Source of the DNA: Nitrosopumilus sp.
GTDB taxonomy: Archaea > Thermoproteota > Nitrososphaeria > Nitrososphaerales > Nitrosopumilaceae
NCBI GenBank assembly: GCA_965238275.1
Contig: OZ250186.1
Location: forward strand, 416,001 to 480,000
Length of the DNA stretch: 64,000 bases
Direction of reading: 5' to 3'
The notes beneath the pieces are model-generated. The model ran no database searches. It had not been told where the DNA came from and saw only the letters and a list, made by a program, of their open reading frames with translations. Shown here piece after piece: positions 49,693-60,905 of the stretch (positions are counted from its first letter, which is position 1; each line of letters starts with the position of its first letter). Both the position numbers and the translations under genes were made by a program.

Positions 49693-50769
49693 ATGGAGCA
49701 TTCCCTTCGGCATAAAGTGAACACCGCTTACTCGTCTCTTAGAACCGTGGAGTGGAAGGACGGCCGGGTAATAATGATCGACCAGACCAGACTGCCAAAC
49801 GAGCTTATTCTTGTAGAGTATGACAGATGGGAGCAGGTGGCAGAGGCCATCAAGACGCTTGTCGTGCGCGGGGCACCTGCAATAGGGGTATCAGGCGCAT
49901 TCGGCCTGGCACTTGCAGCACAGCAGAGTGACGCTGCATCCCGCGAGGAGATGCTGTCTGACCTGAACGTGGCAAAAAAGGCACTCTTTGAGACAAGGCC
50001 GACTGCGGTAAACCTCGGATGGGGCTTGGAGAAGATTATGGGTGTCGCACGGGCAGCAGACACGGTACAGCAGATAAGAGAGGACGTAGTCTCTGCTGCC
50101 AGGATGATGGCAGACGAGGACATCAGGATTAACCGCGCCATGGGGAAGAACGGCTCTGCGCTGTTTGATGACAACGATACCGTAATGACACACTGCAACG
50201 CAGGCGCCCTTGCGACAGTATCCTACGGGACCGCGCTTGGCGTCATCCGGGCCACCAGGGAGAGCGGAAAGAACGTCAGGGTGATTGCGACTGAGACGAG
50301 GCCCGTCCAGCAGGGCTCGAGGCTTACGGCCTTTGAGTTGAAGCACGACGGCTTTGACGTGAGGCTGATTCCGGACACGGCAGTCGGATACACCATGGCA
50401 AACGGGCTAGTCGACAAGGTGGTGGTTGGCGCAGACAGGATAGTAAGGACGGGGCACGTGTTCAACAAGATCGGGACGTACCAGGTGGCAACCATGGCCA
50501 GGCAGCACAACATTCCGTTCTATGTGGCAGCCCCGCTATCCACCATAGACATGAAGGGGGACGCCAAGGATATCGTAATCGAGATGCGCAAGGGAAGCGA
50601 GGTTACGGGGACCGGTCCTGGCAGGACCGCCCCTGAGGACGTCGATGTGATCAACCCGGCCTTTGATGTGACCCCTCCAGAACTAGTCTCGGGGATCATC
50701 ACCGAGAAGGGGGTGGCGTTTGCGCCGTATGCAGAGTCCATCCCAAAGTTATTTGAAGCTAATTTATAG
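49693..50769 (+). CDS. mtnA: S-methyl-5-thioribose-1-phosphate isomerase (eIF2B-like family)
   Basis: VRGAPAIG, RPTAVNL, THCNAG, ETRP, GADRI, NKIGTY. Confidence 0.9.
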   Translation: MEHSLRHKVNTAYSSLRTVEWKDGRVIMIDQTRLPNELILVEYDRWEQVAEAIKTLVVRGAPAIGVSGAFGLALAAQQSDAASREEMLSDLNVAKKALFETRPTAVNLGWGLEKIMGVARAADTVQQIREDVVSAARMMADEDIRINRAMGKNGSALFDDNDTVMTHCNAGALATVSYGTALGVIRATRESGKNVRVIATETRPVQQGSRLTAFELKHDGFDVRLIPDTAVGYTMANGLVDKVVVGADRIVRTGHVFNKIGTYQVATMARQHNIPFYVAAPLSTIDMKGDAKDIVIEMRKGSEVTGTGPGRTAPEDVDVINPAFDVTPPELVSGIITEKGVAFAPYAESIPKLFEANL

Positions 50770-50806
50770 AAAGTTTTTATTGTTTTTAAAATCCTACCTT
50801 TACAAT

Positions 50807-51448
50807 ATGAGTGCAGTTTCATCGCATGCAGTAGAGGATTCCCTCAGGCAGTGCATGGATCCCGAGGTTCCGCTAAACATAGTCGAGATGGGGCTCATCT
50901 ACGGGATCGACGTGGCTGAAAACAACGACGTCAACATCAAGATGACCATGACGACTCAGGGCTGCCCGCTCCATGAGACCCTGGTGCAGGATGCTACAAG
51001 GTACGTAAAGAGGGTTCCAGGTGTCAACAACGTCAACGTGGACATCGTGTGGGATCCCCCATGGTCCATGGACAAGATGTCAGATGAGGCAAAGCAGAAG
51101 ATAAAGAACATGGGTGCGGGGGGCATGAACACGCCGGCGCCGATAAACTACGACACCGCCCTTCCCCAGGGAGTCGGCAAGATCGTCCAGCAGGAGGACG
51201 GCGCCATGGTGCTGCTAAACGAGCACGAGCAGGGATTCATGGTGAACCAGGCAATAATCGACTTTTGGAAGTCATGCAACGGGCACCGCAAGGTGACTGA
51301 CCTTGTGGACATCTTTGCAAGCCAGACCGGGCTGCAGAGGGGCCAGGTGGAAAAGGAGGTAATGCAGCTGTTGCAGCAGCTTCGCGACGGAGGACTGATT
51401 GCCATTGCAGGCCAGCCCGAGGTCTCAAACGTCGAGTTCAAGAGATGA
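50807..51448 (+). CDS. DUF59/SufT Fe-S assembly protein with a PqqD-like C-terminal domain
   Basis: DPEVPLNIVEMGLIY, TTQGCP, VWDPPW; C-term NQAIIDFWKSCNG. Confidence 0.85.
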   Translation: MSAVSSHAVEDSLRQCMDPEVPLNIVEMGLIYGIDVAENNDVNIKMTMTTQGCPLHETLVQDATRYVKRVPGVNNVNVDIVWDPPWSMDKMSDEAKQKIKNMGAGGMNTPAPINYDTALPQGVGKIVQQEDGAMVLLNEHEQGFMVNQAIIDFWKSCNGHRKVTDLVDIFASQTGLQRGQVEKEVMQLLQQLRDGGLIAIAGQPEVSNVEFKR

Positions 51449-51454
51449 GACACG

Positions 51455-52105
51455 CTAAAAGGCGTATCTGGAGTCGGCTCCGTCAAACGTTATGGTGACG
51501 CCTGAGAGGTACTTTACGTTGTTTTGGATGATTCCCTTTACGAACCCGCCAATCTCCTCAGGCCTTCCCATCCTGCCCATGGGGAGGGACTTTTGAAACT
51601 CGGGGGTGTCCTTGAGGATGTCTTTTGTTCTGTCCGTGCTGATGAGGCCCGGTGCGATATTGATGCAGTTTACCTCCCTTGCCGCATAGTCTCTGCTTAG
51701 AACCTTGAGTACCTCTACGAACGCCGCGCGGTACGCAGACGAGATTACCAGGTTGGGGACAGCAGGCTCCCTTACCACGCCGGAGCTGACAAGAAAGATG
51801 TATCCGCCGTCGCGCACCCTTATGTTCTGCAGGATGATACAGAATCCCAGGAACAGCTGGTTGTGGTATCTGTTCCACTCCTCTTCGGTAATGTCTGCAA
51901 AGGGTTTGGGAGGTGGCCCACCGGTATTCAGGACCAGTATGTCGGTGGTTGGATGATCCTTTGTGAACCTGCGGACGCTGTCAAGGTCCGACGTGTCGAT
52001 GTCGCTGCGGGATGCTGCAAGGACTTCTATTCCGATGGATTCCAAGGATTCAGATATTGCCCTGCCAATGCCTCTGGAGCCGCCAAGCACTATTCCATCA
52101 GTCAT
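51455..52105 (-). CDS. Short-chain dehydrogenase/reductase
   Basis: GGSRGIG, NTGGPP, PMGRMGRPEE. Confidence 0.88.
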   Translation of the reverse strand: MTDGIVLGGSRGIGRAISESLESIGIEVLAASRSDIDTSDLDSVRRFTKDHPTTDILVLNTGGPPPKPFADITEEEWNRYHNQLFLGFCIILQNIRVRDGGYIFLVSSGVVREPAVPNLVISSAYRAAFVEVLKVLSRDYAAREVNCINIAPGLISTDRTKDILKDTPEFQKSLPMGRMGRPEEIGGFVKGIIQNNVKYLSGVTITFDGADSRYAF

Positions 52106-52225
52106 GAGATCATCAGGGCGTCCGGACGATTAAATCTCTTTGGCAGGTCAAGACGCGTTTTAGACCTTACTGCAGGATGGGATTCATAGTTGAATTGTTA
52201 TATCCCAAGAGACACAAAGAACGCA

Positions 52226-53236
52226 ATGCTTGATGAGAAGACTCTGAAGAGGCTGGACTCAAAGGGAATGCATATGATTTATGACAGGTGGCCGGAGACT
52301 GCCAAGAGTTCGTTTGAGTTTGAGCATGAAAAGATTGGATTTGACGGGGTAAGGGATATCGTGTTTGCCGGGATGGGTGGTTCCGGGGCCATCGGGGATG
52401 TCTTTGCGTCAATCCTGTCCAAGACCGACATCCACGTGAGCGTGGTCAAGGGGTACGTCCTTCCAAAGACTGCCACCAAGGACACGCTGGTGGTGACCAC
52501 AAGCATCTCCGGGAATACGATCGAGACGGTAACCGTCCTAAAGGAGGCCATGGATAGGGGATGCAGGATAGCCGCCTTTTCGTCGGGTGGAACAATGCAG
52601 GATGTCTGCACAAAGAATAGTCTAGAGTACAGAAGGATTGGAAAGATTCACTCCCCGAGGGCGTCGTTTATGTCATTCCTGTACGGGATGCTAAACGTGC
52701 TGCATCCCATCCTGCCCATAAGCGAGAGAGACATTCGTGAGTCACTCTCTGAGGCAGAGAGGTTTGGTGAAATGAACAACTCGGGTAACATGAATAAGAA
52801 TAATCCTGCCCTGCAGATGGCAGAATGGATTGACGGAATGCCCATGATATACTACCCGTTCGGGCTGCAGGCAGCTGCCATCAGGTTCAAAAACTCCCTG
52901 CAGGAGAACGCAAAGACGCACGCTGCAGTGGAGGATGTCATCGAGAGCTGCCATAACGGGATAGTCTCATGGGAGAGGCCCAGCGGATTCCAGCCAGTTC
53001 TGTTGCAGGGTAAGGATGACTACATCAGGACAAAGGAGAGATGGAAGGTATTCAAGGAGTACTTTGAGGAGAATGGGATCGATTTTTGGGAAGTGCACTC
53101 CATACATGGCAACATACTCTCAAAGATCGTCACACTGGTATACCTCTTTGACTATTCCTCCATATTCCTTGCAGCAAAGAACGGAATCGATCCCTCGCCC
53201 GTAAGATCAATTGATTTTATCAAGGACAGAATATGA
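52226..53236 (+). CDS. SIS-domain bifunctional phosphoglucose/phosphomannose isomerase-like protein
   Basis: GMGGSG, SISGNTIET, SSGG, ENAK, ESCHN. Confidence 0.88.
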   Translation: MLDEKTLKRLDSKGMHMIYDRWPETAKSSFEFEHEKIGFDGVRDIVFAGMGGSGAIGDVFASILSKTDIHVSVVKGYVLPKTATKDTLVVTTSISGNTIETVTVLKEAMDRGCRIAAFSSGGTMQDVCTKNSLEYRRIGKIHSPRASFMSFLYGMLNVLHPILPISERDIRESLSEAERFGEMNNSGNMNKNNPALQMAEWIDGMPMIYYPFGLQAAAIRFKNSLQENAKTHAAVEDVIESCHNGIVSWERPSGFQPVLLQGKDDYIRTKERWKVFKEYFEENGIDFWEVHSIHGNILSKIVTLVYLFDYSSIFLAAKNGIDPSPVRSIDFIKDRI

Positions 53237-53341
53237 AAGATCATACAAAATCCACAGTCAACAAGATTCGATATATTGCTATCACAAACATGCCAAATTA
53301 ACTGTACTCATCCTCTGCGCTCCAACGGTTTGAAGGATTAA

Positions 53342-54271
53342 ATGGGTTCTACAGAGAGGAGATTCATGAATTTTGCCGTAACCGGCGGTGCCGGATTCAT
53401 TGGGAGCCACATTGTCAAACGTCTAGCCTCAGACGGACACGGTATTACGGTAATAGACAATCTGTCCCGGGGCAGCATATCCAATCTGGAGGATGTCGAT
53501 GACAGGATAGACTTTGTCGATATGGATATTTGTGAGTACGGCAGGCTAAAAGAAACGCTTCGTAATATTGATGGAATATTCCACGATGCCGCCTTGGCAT
53601 ACATTCCTAGCTCATATGGGAATGAGGACAAATACAGGCAGGTAAACGTTGCAGGTACCGAGAACGTCTTTAGGATAGGCTTGGAGCACGGCATCAGAAT
53701 AGTTTACGCCAGCAGTTCTACCGTGTATGGAGACGGGCATGGCATTCCAATCCAGGAAGACTCCGCACGAAGACCACTCAATCCGTACGGCATGACCAAG
53801 CTTGAGGCAGAACTTGCAGCCGAGAGATACGTCAAGATGGGGGCACAGATAATCAGTCTGCGGTACTTTAACGTGGTGGGACTAGGACGCAGGCAGGCAT
53901 ATTCGGCAGTCGTGCCTAGGTTTCTGGATCGGCTTAAGGAGGGAAAACCGCCGATAATCTATGGCGACGGCTCACAAATCAAGGATTTTGTGTTTGTGCA
54001 CGATGTGGTACAGGCCAATCTTGCGGCAATGGAAAGCAGCATCAGGAACGGTTTCTTCAACATAGGTAGCGGCAGGTCAATATCAATCACAGATCTTGCA
54101 CGCTTGATGATCAAAATCTCCGGCAAATATCTAGAGCCAAAATATGAAGACCCTAGGCCGGGAGACGCCAAGATGTGTGTGGCAGATATCTCCAAAGCCG
54201 ACAAGCTGCTGAACTGGAGACCAAGCACGGTCATGGAAGAGGGACTGCTAAACCTTCTTGCACGTCCATAA
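53342..54271 (+). CDS. NAD-dependent nucleotide-sugar epimerase/dehydratase
   Basis: VTGGAGFIGSH, YGMTK, LRYFNV. Confidence 0.92.
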   Translation: MGSTERRFMNFAVTGGAGFIGSHIVKRLASDGHGITVIDNLSRGSISNLEDVDDRIDFVDMDICEYGRLKETLRNIDGIFHDAALAYIPSSYGNEDKYRQVNVAGTENVFRIGLEHGIRIVYASSSTVYGDGHGIPIQEDSARRPLNPYGMTKLEAELAAERYVKMGAQIISLRYFNVVGLGRRQAYSAVVPRFLDRLKEGKPPIIYGDGSQIKDFVFVHDVVQANLAAMESSIRNGFFNIGSGRSISITDLARLMIKISGKYLEPKYEDPRPGDAKMCVADISKADKLLNWRPSTVMEEGLLNLLARP

Positions 54272-54549
54272 GCCCCGTTCGCGTGTGATGGTGTACAGTC
54301 TGGAAACTCAGAGATGGTGTATAATAGCATCCGGAGCAAACCTGCGTCCATTCTAATTTGCTACAGTAATCAGGTCTATGCCAATGAGATGCATAGTGTG
54401 TGCCAGAACAATCCGCTCACCCTTGGCTAAATTAATCCCACAGTCACGCGTCTCGTCAAACTTGGCATGGTTGAAATCACGGCTTGTACAGAAATCAGGT
54501 AACAGGCAAAACAAGAATTCGTATTATTCCACATGCACGAGCAAATTTT

Positions 54550-55447
54550 TCACGCCGGTGGCCAATCTACCAGATAGCCTGCAAGTCGGTTGCCCATCTC
54601 TTTTTCAAGGATTGTCGTTATTGCCGCTTTCAACTCATCTTGGGATGCAAAGTACCTTCCCGCCAACTGTCCCTTGAGATCCTTCCAGACGTTTTCGATC
54701 TGATTCAGCTGCGGCGTGCGAGGCAGAAGAAATTCCAGCTCGACGTTTCTGTCGGTACCGGCCACGTACTCTCTGACCTTGTGGGAATGGTGGTACGACG
54801 CGTTGTCCAGAACTATAGAATTTTGGGTAACTCTTGCAGGCATCCTCGAGGAATTCCTTGAAGGTATCAGAGTTTGCATGGTCTACCATACAGATGAAGA
54901 GCATGTCTGTGCCCATAATGCTAAGCAGGCAGACTGCCTTTTTCGAGAAGCCAGTATGGATGGTGTCGCGCCCTCCCGTGGACCTCACCTGTAGCCAGAT
55001 CCCTCCTGCGACATACCGATTGCGGTCTCATCTTCGACGAACATGGCATGACCGTTCCAGGCAAGTTCCCCTGCCCTCCTGCTAGCCTTGGCCTTGAACT
55101 CTTCTTGCTCGCTTTCTGAGGCTGACTTGAACGGAACCGGCCTAGTTTTTTGGTAGGAGAACCCGATCCTTTTGAGCATTCTTCGCAGCGTGCGCGCCTT
55201 GCAATCCTTCCAAACTCCCACCGGATCATCTCCCGTATCAAGTTGAGCTGCCAAGAGCCTGACTCGAATCCGTATTTTTTTGGCTGTAATTGAACCACGC
55301 CCGAACCGTCCTGAGAAAGGATTTGGGCATCATGCTTTCCTGCCTCTCGTGTCCGGTTGAACCGAGTCTTCAGTCCCCGTCGCCCCCGCATCCGCACCAG
55401 CCATTCACGCACAATCGAATACGGCATGACCAGTTTCTTGCATGTCT
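54550..55447 (-). mobile_element. IS630-family transposase pseudogene with several frameshifts
   Basis: Fragments in different frames: RIGFSYQKTRP, EDET, VLDNASYH, LPRTPQLNQIENVWKDLK. Confidence 0.85.
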
Positions 55448-55522
55448 TCAGGATGCTGTAGCCATCTCTCCTTCATTACGTATCATCATAAAGGCACTCC
55501 ATTTCACCAAATGCTCAACATA
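55448..55522 (-). pseudogene. N-terminal stub of a third GT2-like paralogue, cut off at the IS630 relic
   Basis: Translates VEHLVKWSAFMMIRNEGEMA, matching the KWSAF(M/L)MVRNEEEMV of the two paralogues. Confidence 0.75.
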
Positions 55523-55526
55523 GCGC

Positions 55527-56363
55527 CTACCACATGGGCCTAATGAACAATTCCGTTTCCGTGTTATGCCACATTTGTGAGTTTAATCCAAGTTTTATCT
55601 TGGCGCGTTCGACGTAGTAGTGTCTGAACCACTTTGGAAATTGCTTTGGCAGTCGCTGGCCATCGTATGAGATGTACCCACACAACAAGTCCGTCGACCG
55701 CATCCACATACACTTGTATAAGATCAGCAGAAACGGTATTCCATGCTTGCGCATTGTAGCACCCTTGCGCCTCCAGACTGCTTTGTCGTAATGTGTTCCG
55801 GTCGGTCGCTTGCAGTGTCGCCGTATGTCTTTGTAGATGGCAGCCGGATGTCCGCCTAATATGGATTGTATCGCCAATATGCTTGCAGGGAATTTTGGCG
55901 GCACGTCGTGCGAGTGGAACCATTTCACGTTTACGACTAATCCAGGTTCCGGTGGCATGATAAGTGGTTCGGCGGGATCTTCGCCGCACGCAACCATGAC
56001 GTTGTCTGTTCCCATTCTTTCAGTTATTCGCTCCATGTAGTCAGGCGGGATGTCCAAATCCGCGTCTATGCACACCACGTAGTCCATTCCTATGGCCGCA
56101 TCTCGCATGAGGTCATCTCGTTTTGCCATAATTTCCTTTGAGGCCAGTTGGGGAGGATGGGGTGGCAAATGCGTCACAATCACATCATCCATGTTATTTA
56201 GTATCTTGTCCGTGGAATCGGTGGAACCGTCATTGAGGACATGGATACGTGTAGGAGACACGGTCTGGTTTCGTATGCATGATACTGCATCTGCTACCAT
56301 CTCCTCCTCATTGCGTACCATCATAAAGGCACTCCATTTCAGAGTATGTTTGGTAATGTCCAT
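55527..56363 (-). CDS. GT2/GT-A fold glycosyltransferase
   Basis: VRNEE, NDGSTDST, DAD motif. Confidence 0.85.
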   Translation of the reverse strand: MDITKHTLKWSAFMMVRNEEEMVADAVSCIRNQTVSPTRIHVLNDGSTDSTDKILNNMDDVIVTHLPPHPPQLASKEIMAKRDDLMRDAAIGMDYVVCIDADLDIPPDYMERITERMGTDNVMVACGEDPAEPLIMPPEPGLVVNVKWFHSHDVPPKFPASILAIQSILGGHPAAIYKDIRRHCKRPTGTHYDKAVWRRKGATMRKHGIPFLLILYKCMWMRSTDLLCGYISYDGQRLPKQFPKWFRHYYVERAKIKLGLNSQMWHNTETELFIRPMW

Positions 56364-57358
56364 ATCATAATCTCCACCACACATAATATAAGATATTTTA
56401 TGAGGATAATGGGTGCTATCCGTCGTTCCGACAGTTGATGGAAATATGTCGAATTATAACGACCCGGTGCTGCTACACGAGGACATGATCTTGGTAGCGT
56501 ACAGCTTCGAGTCTGACGGATCGGCATGGTAGTCCTCTCCACGTGACCTGAGTTGTTATCCACGGCACTACAGGGGCAGGTCAGTACGACCTAGAGGACG
56601 AGGAGATTTCATGCCGATGCAGTGGGAGATGATGCAACATAGTGCCCGTTCTGATGCGTTGTTGGTTGGATTCATGTTAGAATACTTCAGGAAAACGAAT
56701 GTGTTAAGAAGGCATCAACTTAAGTGCATCAGCAACTTTTACGTAAAATACAAATACTCAAATTCATTAATTTCTACATTGGGACATTTAAAATACAATG
56801 CTAGGAATTGGCTTCGCCGGCATCCTCATTTACACGCATTCTATAGACAAAATAAATTTCGAATAATTACCTCTCAATTAAGAGGACTGCCTGATTTTGT
56901 TATTATCGGTGCACAGAAATCCGGAACCACCTCGCTGTATGACTTTGTTATCCGGCATCCAGAGATTGCTCCTGCCTTGAAAAAAGAGATGCACTATTTT
57001 TCTATAAACTATAAGTTTGGCGAACAATGGTACCGTTCTAATTTTCCAACCAATCTTTCAAGACGCTACTTTACAAAAAAAACAGGCCAGAAGCTTCTCA
57101 GCGGAGAGGCCAGCCCGAGCTATCTTTTTTACCCGACGGTTCCTAGCAGAATGAAGAAAGTTTTGCCTGACGTAAAACTAATCGTAATTTTGCGCAATCC
57201 CGTTGATCGTGCATATTCCCAATATCACCATTCGAGAAGAAAGGGTAGGGAAACATTGTCGTTTGAGAAGGCCATCGAATTGGAAGAAGAGAGGCGCGTC
57301 GAAATAATGAAACAGATGAGCACGGATCCGGATCTTGTTCATAGATACTACATAAATT

Positions 57359-59040
57359 AGATCTCATGCAGAATGTGCCTGACTTAAAAAACTGAATTAA
57401 ATTGGGTTATTCCCACGTGCAGCACCACATACGGCCGAATATCCACGGAACCGTAAAACATGCCAATCCAGGAACGGCAACCGAAACATTAAGATCGGTG
57501 GTCTTTACGCCACACCGTGATGGCAATGCTGGCAGAACCGATCGTGCAGAGAATACGGCAGGAAAACGAGTCGCTCAGGGAATCAGGAGAACTCCACAGG
57601 CAGAGGATCAGGGCCCTCAGGGAGGCACGCAGGACAGACCGACAGAAGGGCGAGGCCCTCAAGGAACGCCTGACTGACCACTGGACCATCACGTCTAGGT
57701 TTCTTGACGACATCATAAAATATCCTGAATTCCTGCACGCCATGACGCTGCGCACCCCGGAAAGGTTTGACCACACGCTGAACCGCCTCAAGGAGCTTTT
57801 GGAGCGGAACGGGGAGACTGCGCTCTTTTGGGAAGTTGGGAGCAGATCAAAAAACTCCGGAAGCAGGCGCATCCTGCCCCTGAGGCACGCGTACCTGCTG
57901 TGGCTGTTTCGGACAAGGCTGAGCATACCGCAGGAAGCCCTTGCCGCGATGTTTGGCGTCGACCAGGCCACCGTCTCCAGGTATCTCCCGTTGATGACCA
58001 GGCTGCTAGGCGAGACAGGCACGGCGCCGCGCAAAATCAGTGAGGCTGTACAAAAGGCCAAGACACTCGAGGAGAGCAAGAAGATAATACCCGGCAGGGG
58101 GGGAGGAGAACTGATGGTGGACGGCACGCACAACCGGGTCAGAAGGTCCGCGGACAAGGAGAGACGCAAAAAGACGTACTCTGGCAAGAAGAAGGCGCAC
58201 ACGTACAATACCAACATCGTGATCAACAAGCGCCGCGTGATAGTGGCGATAAGCAAGACCGTTCCGGGCAGCGTCCACGACAAGACCCTGCTCAACGAGG
58301 ATCCGCCAAACCTTGGAATCATTACGGCAAGGATGGGCCAGAAGGACGTGCCCGAAAAAGAAAAGCCTGACGTCCTGATGGACAAGGGCTACCAAGGGAC
58401 AAGAGAGGAATATCCCGGATGGCACATCAGGCACCCGCACAAGAAAAAGCGTGGAGCCGACAAAAAGACCGGCGGCCTGACAAAGAAGCAGCGCGCCTAC
58501 AACAAGAGGGTAAACAGCTCCCGTGTGGCCATAGAGCACGTTATCGGAAGCCTGAAACAGTACAAGAGGCTGACTGACCCGTACGACGGCACCGAGGAGG
58601 AGTACAACGACGAGCTCAACGCGATTGCGGGAATGGTAAACCAGGATCTGATGTGGGACGAAATAAAACTCAGGGACGCGGACCTTCTCAAAAGGCTGGC
58701 CGAAAAAAGGGCGCGCCTCTGAGACAGGGCGGCACGAGCCGCCTGACGGAGTGAAAGGCAGGTGGCATCAGGCAGTGCAGGAATGTCGCGCACGGCATCC
58801 AATATTTGTGCAAATTCCCCCACCATTCCCCATGAAACAACCTGCCGCCCCGGGGACGGATGCCGCACATCCACAGGACGTGCCTTATTTTCCAATACTG
58901 GAAACTGGATTTTTCACATGGACGTGCAAGACAAATTTGTAAAATATACGGCAGACGAGATTTTCAAATATGGCCACGGCTAGCGCAGTTCTGACATGAT
59001 TTTATGATTTGCCACGTCAGGCACATTCTGCATAGGATCT
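57359..59040 (+). mobile_element. ISL2/PIF-Harbinger-like IS, 1682 bp
   Basis: 25-bp TIR agatctcatgcagaatgtgcctgac/gtcaggcacattctgcataggatct (23/25); ATT TSD at 57356-58 and 59041-43. Confidence 0.92.
57517..58722 (+). CDS. DDE_Tnp_4-type transposase
   Basis: LAAMFGVDQATVSRY, VDGTH, YSGKKK, HD, DKGY, RVAIEHVIGSLK. Confidence 0.9.
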   Translation: MMAMLAEPIVQRIRQENESLRESGELHRQRIRALREARRTDRQKGEALKERLTDHWTITSRFLDDIIKYPEFLHAMTLRTPERFDHTLNRLKELLERNGETALFWEVGSRSKNSGSRRILPLRHAYLLWLFRTRLSIPQEALAAMFGVDQATVSRYLPLMTRLLGETGTAPRKISEAVQKAKTLEESKKIIPGRGGGELMVDGTHNRVRRSADKERRKKTYSGKKKAHTYNTNIVINKRRVIVAISKTVPGSVHDKTLLNEDPPNLGIITARMGQKDVPEKEKPDVLMDKGYQGTREEYPGWHIRHPHKKKRGADKKTGGLTKKQRAYNKRVNSSRVAIEHVIGSLKQYKRLTDPYDGTEEEYNDELNAIAGMVNQDLMWDEIKLRDADLLKRLAEKRARL

Positions 59041-59312
59041 ATTATACATATCGTGCCAGAGGCGTTTACGCTGATCAGCTAGAAAACTGGTTCAGACATT
59101 ACAGTAGGGAGCAGTTTTTGATTTTGGCCACAGAAGGCCTTCGTAAAAATCCACAGCAAACCCTAGATCAGATTTTTGATTTTTTGGGAGTATCTTCTTT
59201 TCAGATAGAGAATTTAAGGGATCTTAGCGTTGGAGATTACAAGGCGATGAACGAAGATATGCGCAAATTTCTCATTGAATACTTCAAGCCCCACAACGAG
59301 AGATTGTTCAAG

Positions 59313-60317
59313 CTACTGCAACGCGGTTTTGATTGGGATAAATGATCTGCAGATTCTATGCAGAATGTGCCTCCTATTCATCATTGCGGTTTGGTGGAAG
59401 TGGATGATCTTTAGCGTAGTCTTTTGGGAGTATGAACAGTCCAACTCATCATTGCGGTTTGGTGGAAGTGGATGATCTTTAGCGTAGTCTTTTGGGAGTA
59501 TGAACAGTCCAACTTCCGTATCCAAGAACGTTTGTTGTTTTAATCCTAATTTTCTCTTGGCACTCGCCATGTGAACGCTGTTAATGTATTGACTGTATTG
59601 TTTTGGTAATCTCTCACCCCTGTACGAGATGTAGCCCCAGAGAAATGACCAGTGACGATTGTAGAAGAAAGTCGGCAACATCCACCAGAATGACGATCCG
59701 CGCATACGCTGGCTTCTTCCCCGAAAATTCCACACATCTGGGCCATAGTCGACTCCAAACGGCCTCTTGTAGCGTAATAGTATGGTCGTGTATACTACGA
59801 ATGGATGCCCGTCTATTATCGATTCTACATTCAAGAAAGGCAACGTTGCAGGTGAAGTTGAATGTGTATTGAACCATTTTGCGTTAATTACCATTCCAGG
59901 TACTATAGGCGAGATTTTGGGCATGGCAGGATCCGTGCCACATGCCACGACGACGTCATCCAATTCCATCCTCTTGGTTATTCGCTCAATATAGTCGGGA
60001 GAAATGTCCACGTCCGCATCCATACGTAGTACGTAGTTCATGCCTTTAGCTGCTTTGTGCATGTGTTCATATCTATTTGCCGTATAACGCGGATCGGAAT
60101 GCTGAGGCGGATGCGGTGGAGCATTGGTCACAATCACATCATCCATATTGTCTAGTATCCTGCCTGTAGAATCGGTGGAACCATCATTGAGGATATGGAT
60201 GCGTGTAGGAGGCACGGTCTGGTTTCGTAAGCATAATACTGCGTCTGCTACCATCTCCTCCTCGTTGCGTACCATCAAAAAGGCACTCCATTTCAGGGCA
60301 TGCTTGCCAACGTCCAT
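59313..60317 (-). CDS. GT2/GT-A fold glycosyltransferase, paralogue of 55527-56363; C-terminus extended by a duplication
   Basis: KWSAFLMVRNEEEMVADAV, NDGSTDST, DAD. Confidence 0.85.
   Translation of the reverse strand: MDVGKHALKWSAFLMVRNEEEMVADAVLCLRNQTVPPTRIHILNDGSTDSTGRILDNMDDVIVTNAPPHPPQHSDPRYTANRYEHMHKAAKGMNYVLRMDADVDISPDYIERITKRMELDDVVVACGTDPAMPKISPIVPGMVINAKWFNTHSTSPATLPFLNVESIIDGHPFVVYTTILLRYKRPFGVDYGPDVWNFRGRSQRMRGSSFWWMLPTFFYNRHWSFLWGYISYRGERLPKQYSQYINSVHMASAKRKLGLKQQTFLDTEVGLFILPKDYAKDHPLPPNRNDELDCSYSQKTTLKIIHFHQTAMMNRRHILHRICRSFIPIKTALQ
59378..59514 (+). repeat. 68-bp tandem duplication
   Basis: tcatcattgcggtttggtggaag...gaacagtccaac starts at 59378 and 59446. Confidence 0.9.
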
Positions 60318-60905
60318 GTCATAATATCCATAATACATAATATAAGATAGTCTATGAGGTTTTTAATGGTAGATCTCCTCGCTGGCTCTACAGAACAGTT
60401 CCATCTTGTCATCGGTCTAGAGTGAGGTGGCCTTGAGTTGATCAGATCTGTACTCATGCTTCGAAACTTCTCTTCAAACGTGATGGGCTTCCATGAATCC
60501 ACCGGATCCCATTGGTGCATGTCTTCAAAGCGGGCTTTGTCCAAGAGGATCGCCACAGGTGTATCGAATCCTCCAATCGCTTGACAGGACACTCACAGTG
60601 TTCTCTGGGGCGGTTTGGGTAAACAGACCTGTCCGACCACACACCTTGATGTGTCGTTCGGAAACGTGATGAGGTTGAGCCTCTTCATGTAGTGGTACAA
60701 TCATGGTAGACCGCACATGTCGTTTGGCGGAGTAGAAGAGAATTCTGTCCAAGCGTTCGTGCACAAGATGCTTCCAAAGGGAGAAATAGATCCTATGCAG
60801 AATGTGTCTAACTCTGCAAATTGCAAAATCCTGTTGCCTGTACCCAGTGTGATCGTGCGTGGTGGTGCCTGAAAATTCCACCTGCTCTGCATTCTACAAA
60901 TTTAT

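Larger units (their letters stand above)
56779..59345 (+). pseudogene. PAPS-dependent sulfotransferase interrupted by an ISL2-like IS
   Basis: PDFVIIGAQKSGTTSLY, RNPVDRAYS; removing 57359-59043 rejoins ...RYYIN|YTYRARGVY...FKPHNERL in frame. Confidence 0.9.

Noticed and set aside
54500-55450. IS630 relic as the partner transposase of the TnpB element
   Set aside because: It is frameshifted, its 5' end is unclear, and its 3' flank (aaatttgctcgtgc) resembles the TnpB TIR only weakly, so it cannot be linked.
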